A stretch of DNA of 64,000 nt from sequence record MK250028.1; one strand, given 5' to 3'. The position numbers were made by a program, and so were the translations under genes. This document shows positions 35,513-45,967 of the stretch, piece after piece; position 1 is the stretch's first letter, and each line of letters opens with the position of its first letter. The notes below the pieces were generated by a model that was given only the letters and a program-made list of their open reading frames with translations, ran no database searches and was not told the origin of the DNA.

Positions 35513-36019
35513 ATGGATCGTGGTGAACGACGTTATCGTCAAAAGAAAAAGTGGATTTCTCGTTTAAAGAAATTATGGAATTCACATGTATTTTGGAATT
35601 ATATTTCTCCTGTAAAGAAAAAGAAACCAAAATGTATTAGAGAAATGAAAGAACATAGAGCTACATCATGGCAAGATTTTACGAAGGATCATTTTGGTGT
35701 ATTAGTTAAAAATACAGGAACTGTTATGACTGATAATAAACGTTTGGATATTACAGAAGAACATAAGAGAAAAATGCAAAACAGAAAACTTACAAAGGAA
35801 GATCAAGAAGAAGTTGATGAATATCTTGATAGAAAAGAACATCCATATAGGTTTGAAGATTTTTGTTGTAATTGTGATAATTTTCCTGGAGATAGATTAT
35901 ATGAATCTAGAGAATACGATGGTAAAGATGTTTGTCCATTTGTAGAAAGATTTAAATCTGGTGAATTAAATGGAGATACAGAATGGCAGAAGTTAGGATG
36001 TGAAAGTTTTATTGATTAA
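35513..36019 (+). CDS. Hypothetical protein with a Cys-containing C-terminus
   Basis: 168-aa ORF. Confidence 0.7.
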   Translation: MDRGERRYRQKKKWISRLKKLWNSHVFWNYISPVKKKKPKCIREMKEHRATSWQDFTKDHFGVLVKNTGTVMTDNKRLDITEEHKRKMQNRKLTKEDQEEVDEYLDRKEHPYRFEDFCCNCDNFPGDRLYESREYDGKDVCPFVERFKSGELNGDTEWQKLGCESFID

Positions 36020-36117
36020 TTAAATATTATTATAGGTGATTAGCAAATTATAGTTAATCACCTATAACTTTTTATATATTTTCTTATATAATCTTTAACT
36101 AATAATATTTTTAATTT

Positions 36118-37839
36118 ATGACAATGATGAAAACAGATATTGAAATTTCGCAGAGTGCACAACTTCAAAGTATTGATTATGTATTTGAAAAACTTGTTCC
36201 TTATGATGATCGTATAAAAAATGGATATATTGAGCAGTACGGTAATTATATGGGTAAAATTCCATTGACATATTTAAAATCAGGAATGGAATGTGCAAAT
36301 AAACATCTTATTCTTGTAACTTCAATTAGTCCTACTAAATCTGGTATTGGTAAGACAACTGTAAGTGTAGGATTGAATGATGCACTTAAGAAATTAAAGA
36401 AAAATTCCATTGCGGTATTGAGAGAACCTTCTCTTGGACCATGTTTTGGTATGAAAGGAGGCGCATGTGGAGGTGGTTATTCACAAGTAGTACCAATGGA
36501 TAAGATTAATCTTCATTTCACGGGAGATTTTCATGCAATTACAACAGCAAATAATATGATTGCTTCTGCAATCGATAATTATTTCTATCATAATCCAGAA
36601 AAAGAATTAGATATAAAGAAAATTACATTTAGACGCTGTTTAGATATTAATGATAGGTCTCTTAGAACTATTTACACAACACAGCGATATGGAAAACTTA
36701 TTCAAACAGGATTTGATATTACGCCAGCATCAGAAATGATGGCAATTTTTTGCATGGCATATGATATAGATGATTTACGTAAACGTATTGATAAAATTAT
36801 CATTGCAGAGCGAGAAGATGGTAGTTTTATGTATTGTAAAGAATTAGGAATAACCGGTTCAATTGTTGCATTGTTATCAGATGCGATTAAACCTAATTTA
36901 GTACAGAGTCTTTATAATAATCCTGTTATTATTCATGGTGGTCCATTCGCTAATATTGCACATGGTTGTAATTCAGTTATCGCAACACGTATGGGATTGT
37001 CATTATGCGATTATGTTGTAACAGAAGCAGGATTCGGTTCAGACCTTGGTGCTGAAAAATTCATTGATATTAAATGTAGAACTGCAGGTTTTTCACCAGA
37101 TGTTATTGTATTGGTTGTGGCTATTCCAGGTTTGAAAAATCAAGGTGGTTGTAAAGATATAACAAAGGAAGATACAAGATCACTTGAGATAGGACTCAAG
37201 AACCTTGATCAACATTTGAATGCACTTAATACATTTGGTTATAAGATTATTGTCACTAATAATGTATATGATACAGATACGCGAAATGAACAGATAATTC
37301 TTGAGAATTTCTGTAAGAGTAGAAAGGTAAAGTGTATTAAGAATACATGCTATGTAGATGGTAGAGATGGAGCATTAAATTTAGCACAAGAAGTTATTGA
37401 TACCATTGATAATACGAAGCATATAGCATTTCCAAATTGGGCATATCAAAAATATGATAATATAAAAGATAAGATTTCAGATCTTTGTGAAAATATTTAT
37501 GGTATAAATTCAGATAATATACGTTATTCATATAAGGCTGAAAAGTTTATTGAGAAATATGATAAGACATATGAGAATTATAAGGATGAATTAATTCAGG
37601 AAATTAGTGAATATCCTATTTGTATGGCAAAGACACAATATTCATTTTCAGATAATCCATCAGTATTGCCAGTGCCAACACATGATACTACATTTACTAT
37701 TGATGAAATTAAAATTAATAGAGGTGCTGGATTTTTAGTTGTTATTGCAGGTAATATGATGCGAATGCCTGGTTTACCAAAAGAACCAGCAGCAAAGAAA
37801 ATAGATTATGTTGATGGAAAAATTACAGGATTGAATTAA
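36118..37839 (+). CDS. fhs: Formate--tetrahydrofolate ligase
   Basis: TSISPTKSGIGKTT, LREPSLGP.FGMKGGACGGGYSQV.P, LHFTGDFHAIT, HGGPFANIAHG, TEAGFGSDLGAEKF, CMAKTQYSFSD and MRMPGLPK. Confidence 0.96.
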   Translation: MTMMKTDIEISQSAQLQSIDYVFEKLVPYDDRIKNGYIEQYGNYMGKIPLTYLKSGMECANKHLILVTSISPTKSGIGKTTVSVGLNDALKKLKKNSIAVLREPSLGPCFGMKGGACGGGYSQVVPMDKINLHFTGDFHAITTANNMIASAIDNYFYHNPEKELDIKKITFRRCLDINDRSLRTIYTTQRYGKLIQTGFDITPASEMMAIFCMAYDIDDLRKRIDKIIIAEREDGSFMYCKELGITGSIVALLSDAIKPNLVQSLYNNPVIIHGGPFANIAHGCNSVIATRMGLSLCDYVVTEAGFGSDLGAEKFIDIKCRTAGFSPDVIVLVVAIPGLKNQGGCKDITKEDTRSLEIGLKNLDQHLNALNTFGYKIIVTNNVYDTDTRNEQIILENFCKSRKVKCIKNTCYVDGRDGALNLAQEVIDTIDNTKHIAFPNWAYQKYDNIKDKISDLCENIYGINSDNIRYSYKAEKFIEKYDKTYENYKDELIQEISEYPICMAKTQYSFSDNPSVLPVPTHDTTFTIDEIKINRGAGFLVVIAGNMMRMPGLPKEPAAKKIDYVDGKITGLN

Positions 37840-38924
37840 TGAATGATAAAATAATAGATATAAATGAGTGGTTGAGATGGGTGATTTCCTTACACTCATC
37901 TCAAAAACAAATTAATACCATAAAACCATATTGGAAATGTAAATCTATGGGAGATTATCTTAAAGTTTTTAAAAACGATATAGGAAAATTTGGTAAGACT
38001 ATACCGGATATTAATGATACTGAATGGATAGATGGTAAATATTCATGGGAGTTAGATAGATTATTTGATATATATAAATTTGTTCCTAATTGTGAACAAC
38101 TCGCAAAGGTTAATATAGGATATTTTGTATTAAAAGAAACATTAGACAATGATAAATGGAAATATTATATTCAAGTGATAAAACAATATGATAAAGAAGT
38201 GAAAGATTATAAAGGTGGTCCATTTACATTTAGAATTATAATGGTAGACTTTGGTATTTTTAAATTATACGCACGTCAAACAAGAGAATTAGAAGGTGAC
38301 CATAAACATGTAATGTATTCTAATATTAAAAATAAAGAATTAGAGGAACAAAATAAGTTTATTGAATGCTGGAGTGATGATCAATGTATATTCATATCTA
38401 TACCAGGACTAAAAATCAATAAAGATTTAATAAAAGGTAAATCTCAAAAAATTGAATTACAAAAAGAAAAACGTTTATATTGTTTTAATGATAATAATGG
38501 AAACAAATATCAATTACCAGAATTATATTATCCTACAAATATAAGAACATTTATTGATTATTGTATAGATAAAAAAATATTACCATTTTCAAAAACTGTT
38601 AGAATTTGGTCTAAAACTGATTATTATGAGATATATTCAGACCCTGAAAATAAATCGTTCAAAGATTATATGTCAGAGGACGAAATGTTATATCGTTATC
38701 CATTTCCTATGATGAATATTAAATCAAAAAAAGAAATAAAAGAATATATTAATGATAGGAAGCAAAAACATGCATGGGAAATAAATCGAGGTTTACCAAA
38801 AACAGTTACAATAAATTATAATATAAATGATATATTCGTACCTATTGATTCAATTACGCAAGATATATGTAATGAATTTATATATAAGATGAATAATAGT
38901 AAATTATATGAAATAATACAATGA
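37839..38924 (+). CDS. Hypothetical protein (361 aa)
   Basis: Standard-code ORF overlapping the fhs stop. Confidence 0.75.
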   Translation: MNDKIIDINEWLRWVISLHSSQKQINTIKPYWKCKSMGDYLKVFKNDIGKFGKTIPDINDTEWIDGKYSWELDRLFDIYKFVPNCEQLAKVNIGYFVLKETLDNDKWKYYIQVIKQYDKEVKDYKGGPFTFRIIMVDFGIFKLYARQTRELEGDHKHVMYSNIKNKELEEQNKFIECWSDDQCIFISIPGLKINKDLIKGKSQKIELQKEKRLYCFNDNNGNKYQLPELYYPTNIRTFIDYCIDKKILPFSKTVRIWSKTDYYEIYSDPENKSFKDYMSEDEMLYRYPFPMMNIKSKKEIKEYINDRKQKHAWEINRGLPKTVTINYNINDIFVPIDSITQDICNEFIYKMNNSKLYEIIQ

Positions 38925-39415
38925 ATAAGGAATTACAACAATATATAAATAAAGCAGATAATTCTCAAAATATAAAGTATTTTGAGAATATGATGAATGC
39001 TTTATATAATAAAGCATATGAATATCGTAAATTAAGAGATGAAGCAGTTATATCTAATAAGGATTTGCGAGGTAAATATGTAAGGTTATCAAAAGAACGA
39101 GATTATGGTAATCCAGTATATATGCATGTAGTTAATCAGTTCGTTACAAATGATGGTGGTAGAGATAGATACCAAGTATATCTTGAAGGATTAACATTTA
39201 GATATAGTGATGCAACTATATATTTGGATAATATATGGCAAGAAGTAGATGGATGTAGACAAATTCATTATGATATTCATGAATTTGAAAATCTTCAAGT
39301 TAAATATTTAACAGAAGGAGAATTCAGAAAGTTATATATGGAAATGGTTAGTAATATGGTATCTATTTATGAACATGCAGAAAAGTTAATAAATAATAAA
39401 ATTTCATCAAAATAA
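38921..39415 (+). CDS. Hypothetical protein
   Basis: 164-aa ORF with a 4-nt overlap. Confidence 0.72.
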   Translation: MNKELQQYINKADNSQNIKYFENMMNALYNKAYEYRKLRDEAVISNKDLRGKYVRLSKERDYGNPVYMHVVNQFVTNDGGRDRYQVYLEGLTFRYSDATIYLDNIWQEVDGCRQIHYDIHEFENLQVKYLTEGEFRKLYMEMVSNMVSIYEHAEKLINNKISSK

Positions 39416-39561
39416 TTTTAGACTTTATTAATATAATTATGTATAAAATACATAATGAATGTTAATTAAGTTATTTTTTAATTATCAAAATTAATTAAAA
39501 TAAATTTAAAAATATTTAAGACTTTTTTAACATTCTTATGTAAAATATACATAAGATTTAA

Positions 39562-39972
39562 ATGATAGAATTCTTATATAAAGGACAAAAGTGCTATACC
39601 AATAATCTTCCGAAGAAATTAAAGAGAATGAAGATTACAGAGAATGATATTGAAATCCTTAGAGAATTTGATGAAACACAGAAGAAAGTAAAACCAGAAG
39701 ATAATAACAATGAATTTGATAATTGGACTAAAGTTGTATATTGGGATCCTATTACAAATTATACACATATTGGTTTTACACATGGTATGAATAAACCTGA
39801 TAAAAATGAATTTTTTAAAAATTCTAAATGGAATGAAGAAACAAAAACCGGGTTAAAATATTGTACTCAAGAATGGATGGATAATGTTGTTTTGTTAAAT
39901 GGAATACCTAAATATCCTATTGTAATAGGTGATGATGGTAAGCCTGTGTTAGAAACAAAATATAATTGGTAA
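39562..39972 (+). CDS. Hypothetical protein
   Basis: 136-aa ORF directly upstream of the suppressor tRNA. Confidence 0.72.
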   Translation: MIEFLYKGQKCYTNNLPKKLKRMKITENDIEILREFDETQKKVKPEDNNNEFDNWTKVVYWDPITNYTHIGFTHGMNKPDKNEFFKNSKWNEETKTGLKYCTQEWMDNVVLLNGIPKYPIVIGDDGKPVLETKYNW

Positions 39973-40049
39973 AATAAATATATTGTTCGTTATATAATTA
40001 ACGGATATGATGAGCAATATATTTTAGATATGTAAATTAAGATGTAGAA

Positions 40050-40366
40050 TGCCCTATGGTGTAATGGTAAGCACAGTAGACTCTTTAAATAGGAGCTTTA
40101 TATGGAAACATATAAATGAAAATTCCGCTAATAAACAGAAACCTTTTAAATAGAAATATTTAATTTGGCGATGACTTACTAAATTCAATATAAAATATAT
40201 TTGATAAATGGCGCAGAGACTATATACGGAATATCTAAGTTCTATATGAATATGATAATGAAATAGTCCAGACTACAAAACCTAAGTTAGTTTTAATATG
40301 GTTGTTTATGTAAAAGTAAATGTAGTACGAAATCTATTTGTCCGGGTTCGAATCCTGGTGGGGCAA
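40050..40366 (+). tRNA. Amber suppressor tRNA (anticodon CUA, tRNA-Gln-like), exons 40050-40084 and 40330-40366
   Basis: Spliced sequence TGCCCTA TG GTGT AATGGTAA GCAC A GTAGA CTCTAAA TCTAT TTGT CCGGG TTCGAAT CCTGG TGGGGCA A folds into a canonical cloverleaf with a 7-nt loop CU-CUA-AA and a U1-A72 pair. Confidence 0.9.
40085..40329 (+). mobile_element. Group I intron (245 nt, no ORF) inside the suppressor tRNA anticodon
   Basis: P1 CTCT|T...AGGAG with the U40084-G40092 wobble. P2 TTTATATG-GAAA-CATATAAA. P3 TTCCG (40123-27)/CGGAA (40227-31). R GCAGAGACTA. P7 GACTA (40218-22)/TAGTC (40264-68). ACTACA (40272-77)/TGTAGT (40321-26). Terminal G40329. Confidence 0.9.
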
Positions 40367-40406
40367 CAAACATAAGTAAAGTAATATTTTAAAGATTTGA
40401 TGAATT

Positions 40407-40691
40407 ATGAAGCAGAAGACAATTATTAAGACAGAATATTACGCAGATGATGGTAGAGTATTTAATAATGAGAATGATTGTAAGTTATATGAGGATAAAG
40501 TGAAAATTCCAAAGATTGGATTATACTCGGTTATTGATAAGTATGACGCTAAATCAGTTGTTAATTATATAGATTTGATTTTAGGACAATATAATGTTAT
40601 TGGAGATTCATATATTAGAGATACTAAAATTAAAAATATGTTAACACATCTTCAAAAACAATTTTCTAGTTATTTACCGGATGAAAAGTAA
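40407..40691 (+). CDS. Hypothetical protein
   Basis: 94-aa ORF with a Y.A.DG..F.NE.DC..YE motif common in small phage proteins. Confidence 0.7.
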   Translation: MKQKTIIKTEYYADDGRVFNNENDCKLYEDKVKIPKIGLYSVIDKYDAKSVVNYIDLILGQYNVIGDSYIRDTKIKNMLTHLQKQFSSYLPDEK

Positions 40692-40737
40692 TATATAAGA
40701 TGTCTTATTCTATTAAAAATAATAGTGAGATGATTTA

Positions 40738-40956
40738 ATGAATAAGGAAGATATATTGAAGAATGAATATACAGAAATTGCAGACTTAGCAATAAGAATG
40801 ATTAATAATGCAAAAGAAGCAGAAGCATTATATAATGAAGTAAAGAGAATTAATAGTATGCAATTAATAGAAGATAATTTATTTAACCTTCAATTTGTAA
40901 TGAATTGGCAGGATATTTTGAATAAGGTATCTATTACACAGGTTGAAGATTGTTAA
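40738..40956 (+). CDS. Hypothetical protein
   Basis: 72-aa ORF followed by a terminator hairpin (AAAGTCGAGA...TCTCGACTTT). Confidence 0.65.
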   Translation: MNKEDILKNEYTEIADLAIRMINNAKEAEALYNEVKRINSMQLIEDNLFNLQFVMNWQDILNKVSITQVEDC

Positions 40957-41049
40957 GAAATATAAAGTCGAGATTATTTTTTAGTCTCGACTTTTTTAAT
41001 TAAAATATTTTATGTATCTTTGAATTGTTAAATATAAAAATAGAATTTT

Positions 41050-41850
41050 ATGAAAGCTAAATCATATATATTTGTACATAATAAAGAAAAATCTACATAT
41101 AATATTCCAGACGAATATTTTGTAGATAATACAAATCTTAGAATAACTCATTTTAATACAGAAAATAGTTATTTTAATATATCTGCATATGGATTTCTTA
41201 TTAAGAAAGATATTTTTGATAAAGAATGTAAATCATTTTATACATTAAATCCTGTATCTAAATATACAAATGGTGATATTAATGGAAGACGCATTGCATT
41301 TGTAAAAATTAATAAAGAATTACCAAAATATGATTTAACCGGAAATGCTATTAAAAGTTCTTTATCTTCAGATAATTGGACAGTTGTAAATGTTATAGAT
41401 AATACATCAAGATGGACAAGAATTCCAGATGATTGTTATTTACTTACACCAAAGTTTAAATCAAGTGGACTTAAAATTCGGTGTTTTGAAAAAGAAGAAG
41501 ATGCTATTGCTGAATATAATAAAAATGAAGAGAAAAAATCAGCAAATAAAAAAGCAAAATGGAACGCAATAAATACGGCGCCAAATAATGGTAATATCAA
41601 TTTAGCAACACTTAAATATAAAGTTGAACGAATTCATATAAAGACAAATTATTTGAAGGATGTTCATGAAGGTGATATTATATATGGCGTTATTTCTGTA
41701 TTAGAGAATGGTAAGAATAAACTTAATGTATCATCTCATTATGCAAATTATGTAGATGTATATGTTAATGATAAATTATATAAAACAGTTCCCATGAATG
41801 TATTTGGAGATTTACTTTCAAAACATTTACAATTATCTGTTTTTGTTTAA
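41050..41850 (+). CDS. Hypothetical early protein
   Basis: 266-aa ORF behind the GTATCTTTG box at 41014. Confidence 0.75.
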   Translation: MKAKSYIFVHNKEKSTYNIPDEYFVDNTNLRITHFNTENSYFNISAYGFLIKKDIFDKECKSFYTLNPVSKYTNGDINGRRIAFVKINKELPKYDLTGNAIKSSLSSDNWTVVNVIDNTSRWTRIPDDCYLLTPKFKSSGLKIRCFEKEEDAIAEYNKNEEKKSANKKAKWNAINTAPNNGNINLATLKYKVERIHIKTNYLKDVHEGDIIYGVISVLENGKNKLNVSSHYANYVDVYVNDKLYKTVPMNVFGDLLSKHLQLSVFV

Positions 41851-41876
41851 TTAATAATCTTAAAAATAATTTTAAT

Positions 41877-42179
41877 ATGAAATTTTCAACATATATTAAT
41901 AATATAATAGATGCAATATTTTTTCCGAATTTTCTTATTGAAGAACGGGAAGATAATAAGAAATTAAATGAATCATATGAAAATTATATCAAATCAATTA
42001 ATGATTATGGTGATTCAGGATGGAAAGAAGCAACTAAATATGCGAAGTTAGTAGATAATTTAAGTTATCAACTAGATGTATTAGCAAGGGATTATAAGAA
42101 TTTAACAAATATAAATAGAGATTTAAAAAGAAAATTAGAACGGTATTATAAAACAGGAAAAAATTCTAAGAAAAAGTAA
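41877..42179 (+). CDS. Hypothetical protein
   Basis: 100-aa ORF with a coiled-coil C-terminus. Confidence 0.65.
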   Translation: MKFSTYINNIIDAIFFPNFLIEEREDNKKLNESYENYIKSINDYGDSGWKEATKYAKLVDNLSYQLDVLARDYKNLTNINRDLKRKLERYYKTGKNSKKK

Positions 42180-42217
42180 ACTATTTTATATTTCTTATAT
42201 ATAAATAATATAATTAA

Positions 42218-42624
42218 GGGGATGAATTTGGATTTGCTTATTAATTATGTGGTAATAAATCGTGTAGGAATGTTAATAGCCTTTTGTAGCAATACAAAGA
42301 AACTTAGCAAATAAATTTAAATGACGACGAAATAGAATTTCGTATGGCAGCTTAATCCTGATAGGATTGGTAATATACACCCATTGAAGCATTTGCTCCT
42401 TACACGGTAAGTTTGAGCATTGTCACAGAGTTCGTAAGAGTGATAATCTCTGTTAAATAAAACTCTTACATATACTTATTCATTGTCCAATAAGAGTGAT
42501 TATGACATTAAACTATTTAACTCTAATAACACAGATATAAATGAAAACTAATAAAGACATACGCACGTAGATAGTTTATTATTGACAAGTTAGTAATACG
42601 TGGTTTCGAGTACCACCATCTCCA
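42218..42624 (+). ncRNA. ssrA: tmRNA, tag peptide (A)DDEIEFRMAA
   Basis: 5' GGGGATG pairs with 3' CATCTCC-A, including a G3-U70-type pair. T arm GTGGT-TTCGAGT-ACCAC. Tag ORF 42323-42355 follows ATAAATTTAAAT and ends GCA GCT TAA. Confidence 0.9.
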
Positions 42625-42763
42625 CATTTTTAGATTATATTTCATAATATAGAATTTTTAATTGTTTAATTTTGTAAATGAGTTGTATGTTTAGATAAAC
42701 ATATGACTCATTTTTTTGTATAATAATAAATAAGATAATAAAACTAAATATAAGCATAAATAT

Positions 42764-44650
42764 ATGCCAACTAAATTTATAGCAAGAAAGTTTAATCCAG
42801 GGAAAGCAGATCATAATAAAATAAATACACTTATTAATCTGTCTTCACTTAGTTTAAATTCAGCATAGAGTATTCTTAAAACTTCATTGGCTTTAGGATC
42901 TACTCAAACAAGTAATTATTCTGGTGATTCATTAACACCGTTTAATGATATTTTAAATCAAGATTAGAATAAGTTTACATAGTATGCAGATATTACTAAA
43001 AATACAAGTTAGTCTTATGCATACTATGATTTGTCATATCAATAGAGAAGAGAATAGTTAAGGTAGTTTGCTTCACAACAAACTATTTCATTTGTTTTAG
43101 ATACTATTGCAGATGAATCTATTATATTGGATGAAAATAATTATTTTGCATAGTTAGATTTAAATCTTCTTAAATTAAAACTTAATACTAATTATAAAGG
43201 TGCAAATGGAGAAACTGCAGATGATTTAATAAAGAATTGTCAGAAAGCATTTAAGATTATATATTCAACATATGGATGGGATAAATCTAATGATGCATGG
43301 AATTATTTTAAGAAATTTCTTATAGAAGGTTATCTTGCATTTGAGATTGTTGTTGATAATCTTATGAAACCTACAAGAATCATAGGTATGAGGGAATTGG
43401 ATCCTGCTACATTGGAACCAGATATTGAAATTGATCCAATGACAAATAAAGAAGTAAAGGTTTGGTATCAATATAAAGGTGACGCATAGTTAGAAAGGAA
43501 AATTCCAGATTCTAATATTGTATATATATCATGGTCAACAGGTATGTATGGAGAGTAGTCACGTGTATCATATCTAGAAGGTTTAATAAGATCATATACA
43601 ATGTTAACATAGTTGGAGACTTCTCGTATGGTATGGAATATCATGAATGCATAGAAAAGAGTTAAAGTTGGTATTCCTGTTGGTAATATTTCTTAGGATA
43701 AAGCTCGTGCACGCGTAAATGAAGTTAAAGCAGATTGGAATGAAGAAACAACAGTTGATGAAATATCAGGTGAGATGGTAGTAAATGGACAACCACGATT
43801 CTCTTTTTCAAAGACACATTTCTTCCCTGTACGTGATGGTAATTCAATGACTATAGAAGAAATCCCTACAGAAGGATATGATTTAAGTGATATTACTCCA
43901 TTGAAATATTTCTGGAGGCGTTTCATATTAGAAACTAAAATACCCGCTAATAGATTTATGATTGACCCTGCAGCTGAAGGTGCACATCCATTAGGTGGTG
44001 ATGATGCAAGTATAACACGAGAGGAATATGCGTTTGGACGTTTTATTAGTCGTGTTAGAAATATATATCGTGAAATTTTGTTAAAACCATTATGGGTACA
44101 AATATGTTTAATGATGCCAGAGTTAGCAAGTTCTGAATTATTGAAACAATGTATAGGTATTGTTTTTAATGAAGAAAATATGTTTGTTAAAGCAAAAGAA
44201 AGAACTGCGTTAAAACAAGGCGCGGAAATTATAGGTACATTAGCATAGATTCAATTAGGTGAGAATAAACCATTCTTTAGTATGAAATTCTTAATTGAGA
44301 AATTCTTAGGTATGTCTGATGAAGATTTTGCACTTAATGAGAAATATAAACAAGGTGAAATTATAGAGCGCTTAGAACAAGCTAAAACTATTAAACAACA
44401 TCAAGAAATGGGTAAACAAGTTGGTGAACAACAAGGTAATGGAACTCCTGGTGAAATGGATTTCGGCGGAGGTTCTGATGCAGGTGGCGGAAGTTCATTT
44501 GACGATTCATTTGGAGGCGGTTCTGATGCAGGCGGTGATTTTTCTGGAGGTGATGAAGTATTCTCTGGTGGTGACACTGGTATGGGATCCGGTGGTTCTG
44601 AAATTGCAGATACTGGTGGCGGTGATGAAGGTGGAGGTGACTTCGCTTAA
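42764..44650 (+). CDS. gp20: T4 gp20-like portal protein, TAG-recoded, 628 aa
   Basis: Single frame from ATG 42764 to TAA 44650. DTIADESII, FLIEGYLAFEI, RELDP, SYLEGLIRSY..L, IPVGN, FFPVRDG, LKYF and ITREEYAFGRFISRVR follow the gp20 motif order. Confidence 0.88.
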
Positions 44651-44734
44651 TCAAAATATTAAAGGATTAGATATTGAATTATCTAATCCTTTATTCATTT
44701 AAAAATAAATATATTAAAATATATTATTATAATA

Positions 44735-45364
44735 ATGAGTGATAAATAGAAACATTTTTATGGATGTTTACCATCTAAATTGGATGGTACAGAACATATA
44801 GTAAATGTTGATTCAAAAATAGTATTACCAGATGAATTTTCATTGCGTGATGTAATGCCGCCAGTAAGAGATCAAGGAAACACATAGACATGCGTATGTT
44901 AGTCTTTAACTGCAATGTTGGATTTCCTTCATAACAGTAAAGTAGGAACTGATGGTAAATGTAATAATTATTCTATAAATGATTTGTATAGATAGAGATC
45001 TAATTATCCATAGGAAGGCATGTCAATTAAAGAAGCTATGAAAATTCTTAAGGATAAAGGCCTAAATGGAGAAAAGATTAATTCATACGCATTAGTTCCA
45101 TCAGTAGAAGTTATGAAAAGAACTTTAGTTATGTTTGGGCCTTGTTGCGCTGGATTACCTGTGTATTCTGATAATGATCCATATTTTTGGAAGAAAGGTC
45201 GTGAATATGCAGGGGGTCATGCGATCTGTATTTGTGGATATAATAAAAGAGGATTTATTATTAGAAATTCGTGGGGAAGTTCATGGGCAGATCATGGATA
45301 TATAACGATTCCTTATGATGAATATGAAGATTCTGTATTTGAAGCATGGACTGCAATTTTATAA
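44735..45364 (+). CDS. Papain-family (C1A) cysteine peptidase, TAG-recoded
   Basis: LPDEFSLR...PPVRDQGNTQTCVCQS (oxyanion Q and catalytic C), GGHAICICGY (His) and IIRNSWG (Asn). Five TAG in the N-terminal half. Confidence 0.85.
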
Positions 45365-45476
45365 TAATATATTAAAGATGATTAGTAATGTTAAATGTTA
45401 CTAATCATTTTTTTCTTTATATAATAATTATGTATCTTTGAATAAACAATTTTATAATTACTATATATTATAATAT

Positions 45477-45932
45477 ATGATAACATTTAATCATCCTTTT
45501 AATGAAGATCAATGTATAGAAAGACTTATGAATGAATATCATAAGCATAATAATTTAATAGTTGCATTTGATTTTGATAATACAATTTTTGATTATTATA
45601 ATGATGGTGGTGATTATTCAGATATTATAAACATTCTGGATTTATGTCATCAGTTAAAATTTACATTGGTATTATATACATGTGAAACAAGTGCAAAAAA
45701 ATTAGCATGGAAAATAAATTGGTGTAAAGAACATATGGGATTTAAACCAGATTATGTAAATAGTTCTCCTGTATTGAATAATATTACATCTAATGGTAAA
45801 ATATATTATAATATACTCTTAGATGATCGTGCAGGACTAAATGAAGCATATTCTATACTTGTACATGTTATTTCAAATATAGAAGGCGAAAAAGGTATTT
45901 ATTTAGAACCACAATGGGATAAAGAAAGATAA
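45477..45932 (+). CDS. HAD-superfamily hydrolase-like protein
   Basis: IVAFDFDNTI (DxD motif I) and ILLDDRAG (motif IV). Confidence 0.65.
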   Translation: MITFNHPFNEDQCIERLMNEYHKHNNLIVAFDFDNTIFDYYNDGGDYSDIINILDLCHQLKFTLVLYTCETSAKKLAWKINWCKEHMGFKPDYVNSSPVLNNITSNGKIYYNILLDDRAGLNEAYSILVHVISNIEGEKGIYLEPQWDKER

Positions 45933-45967
45933 TAAAATAATAATATTAATTTTAAATAATTTAGAAA

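Noticed and set aside
40081-40337. Alternative anticodons for the split tRNA (splice after 40082 or 40085)
   Set aside because: These give 5- or 8-nt loops. Only the splice after U40084 matches the P1 U-G wobble and gives a 7-nt loop, which reads CUA.
44440-44650. GC-richer repeated GGTTCTGATGCAGG segments
   Set aside because: They encode the low-complexity Gly/Asp tail of the portal protein. The overlapping track ORFs in other frames are by-products.
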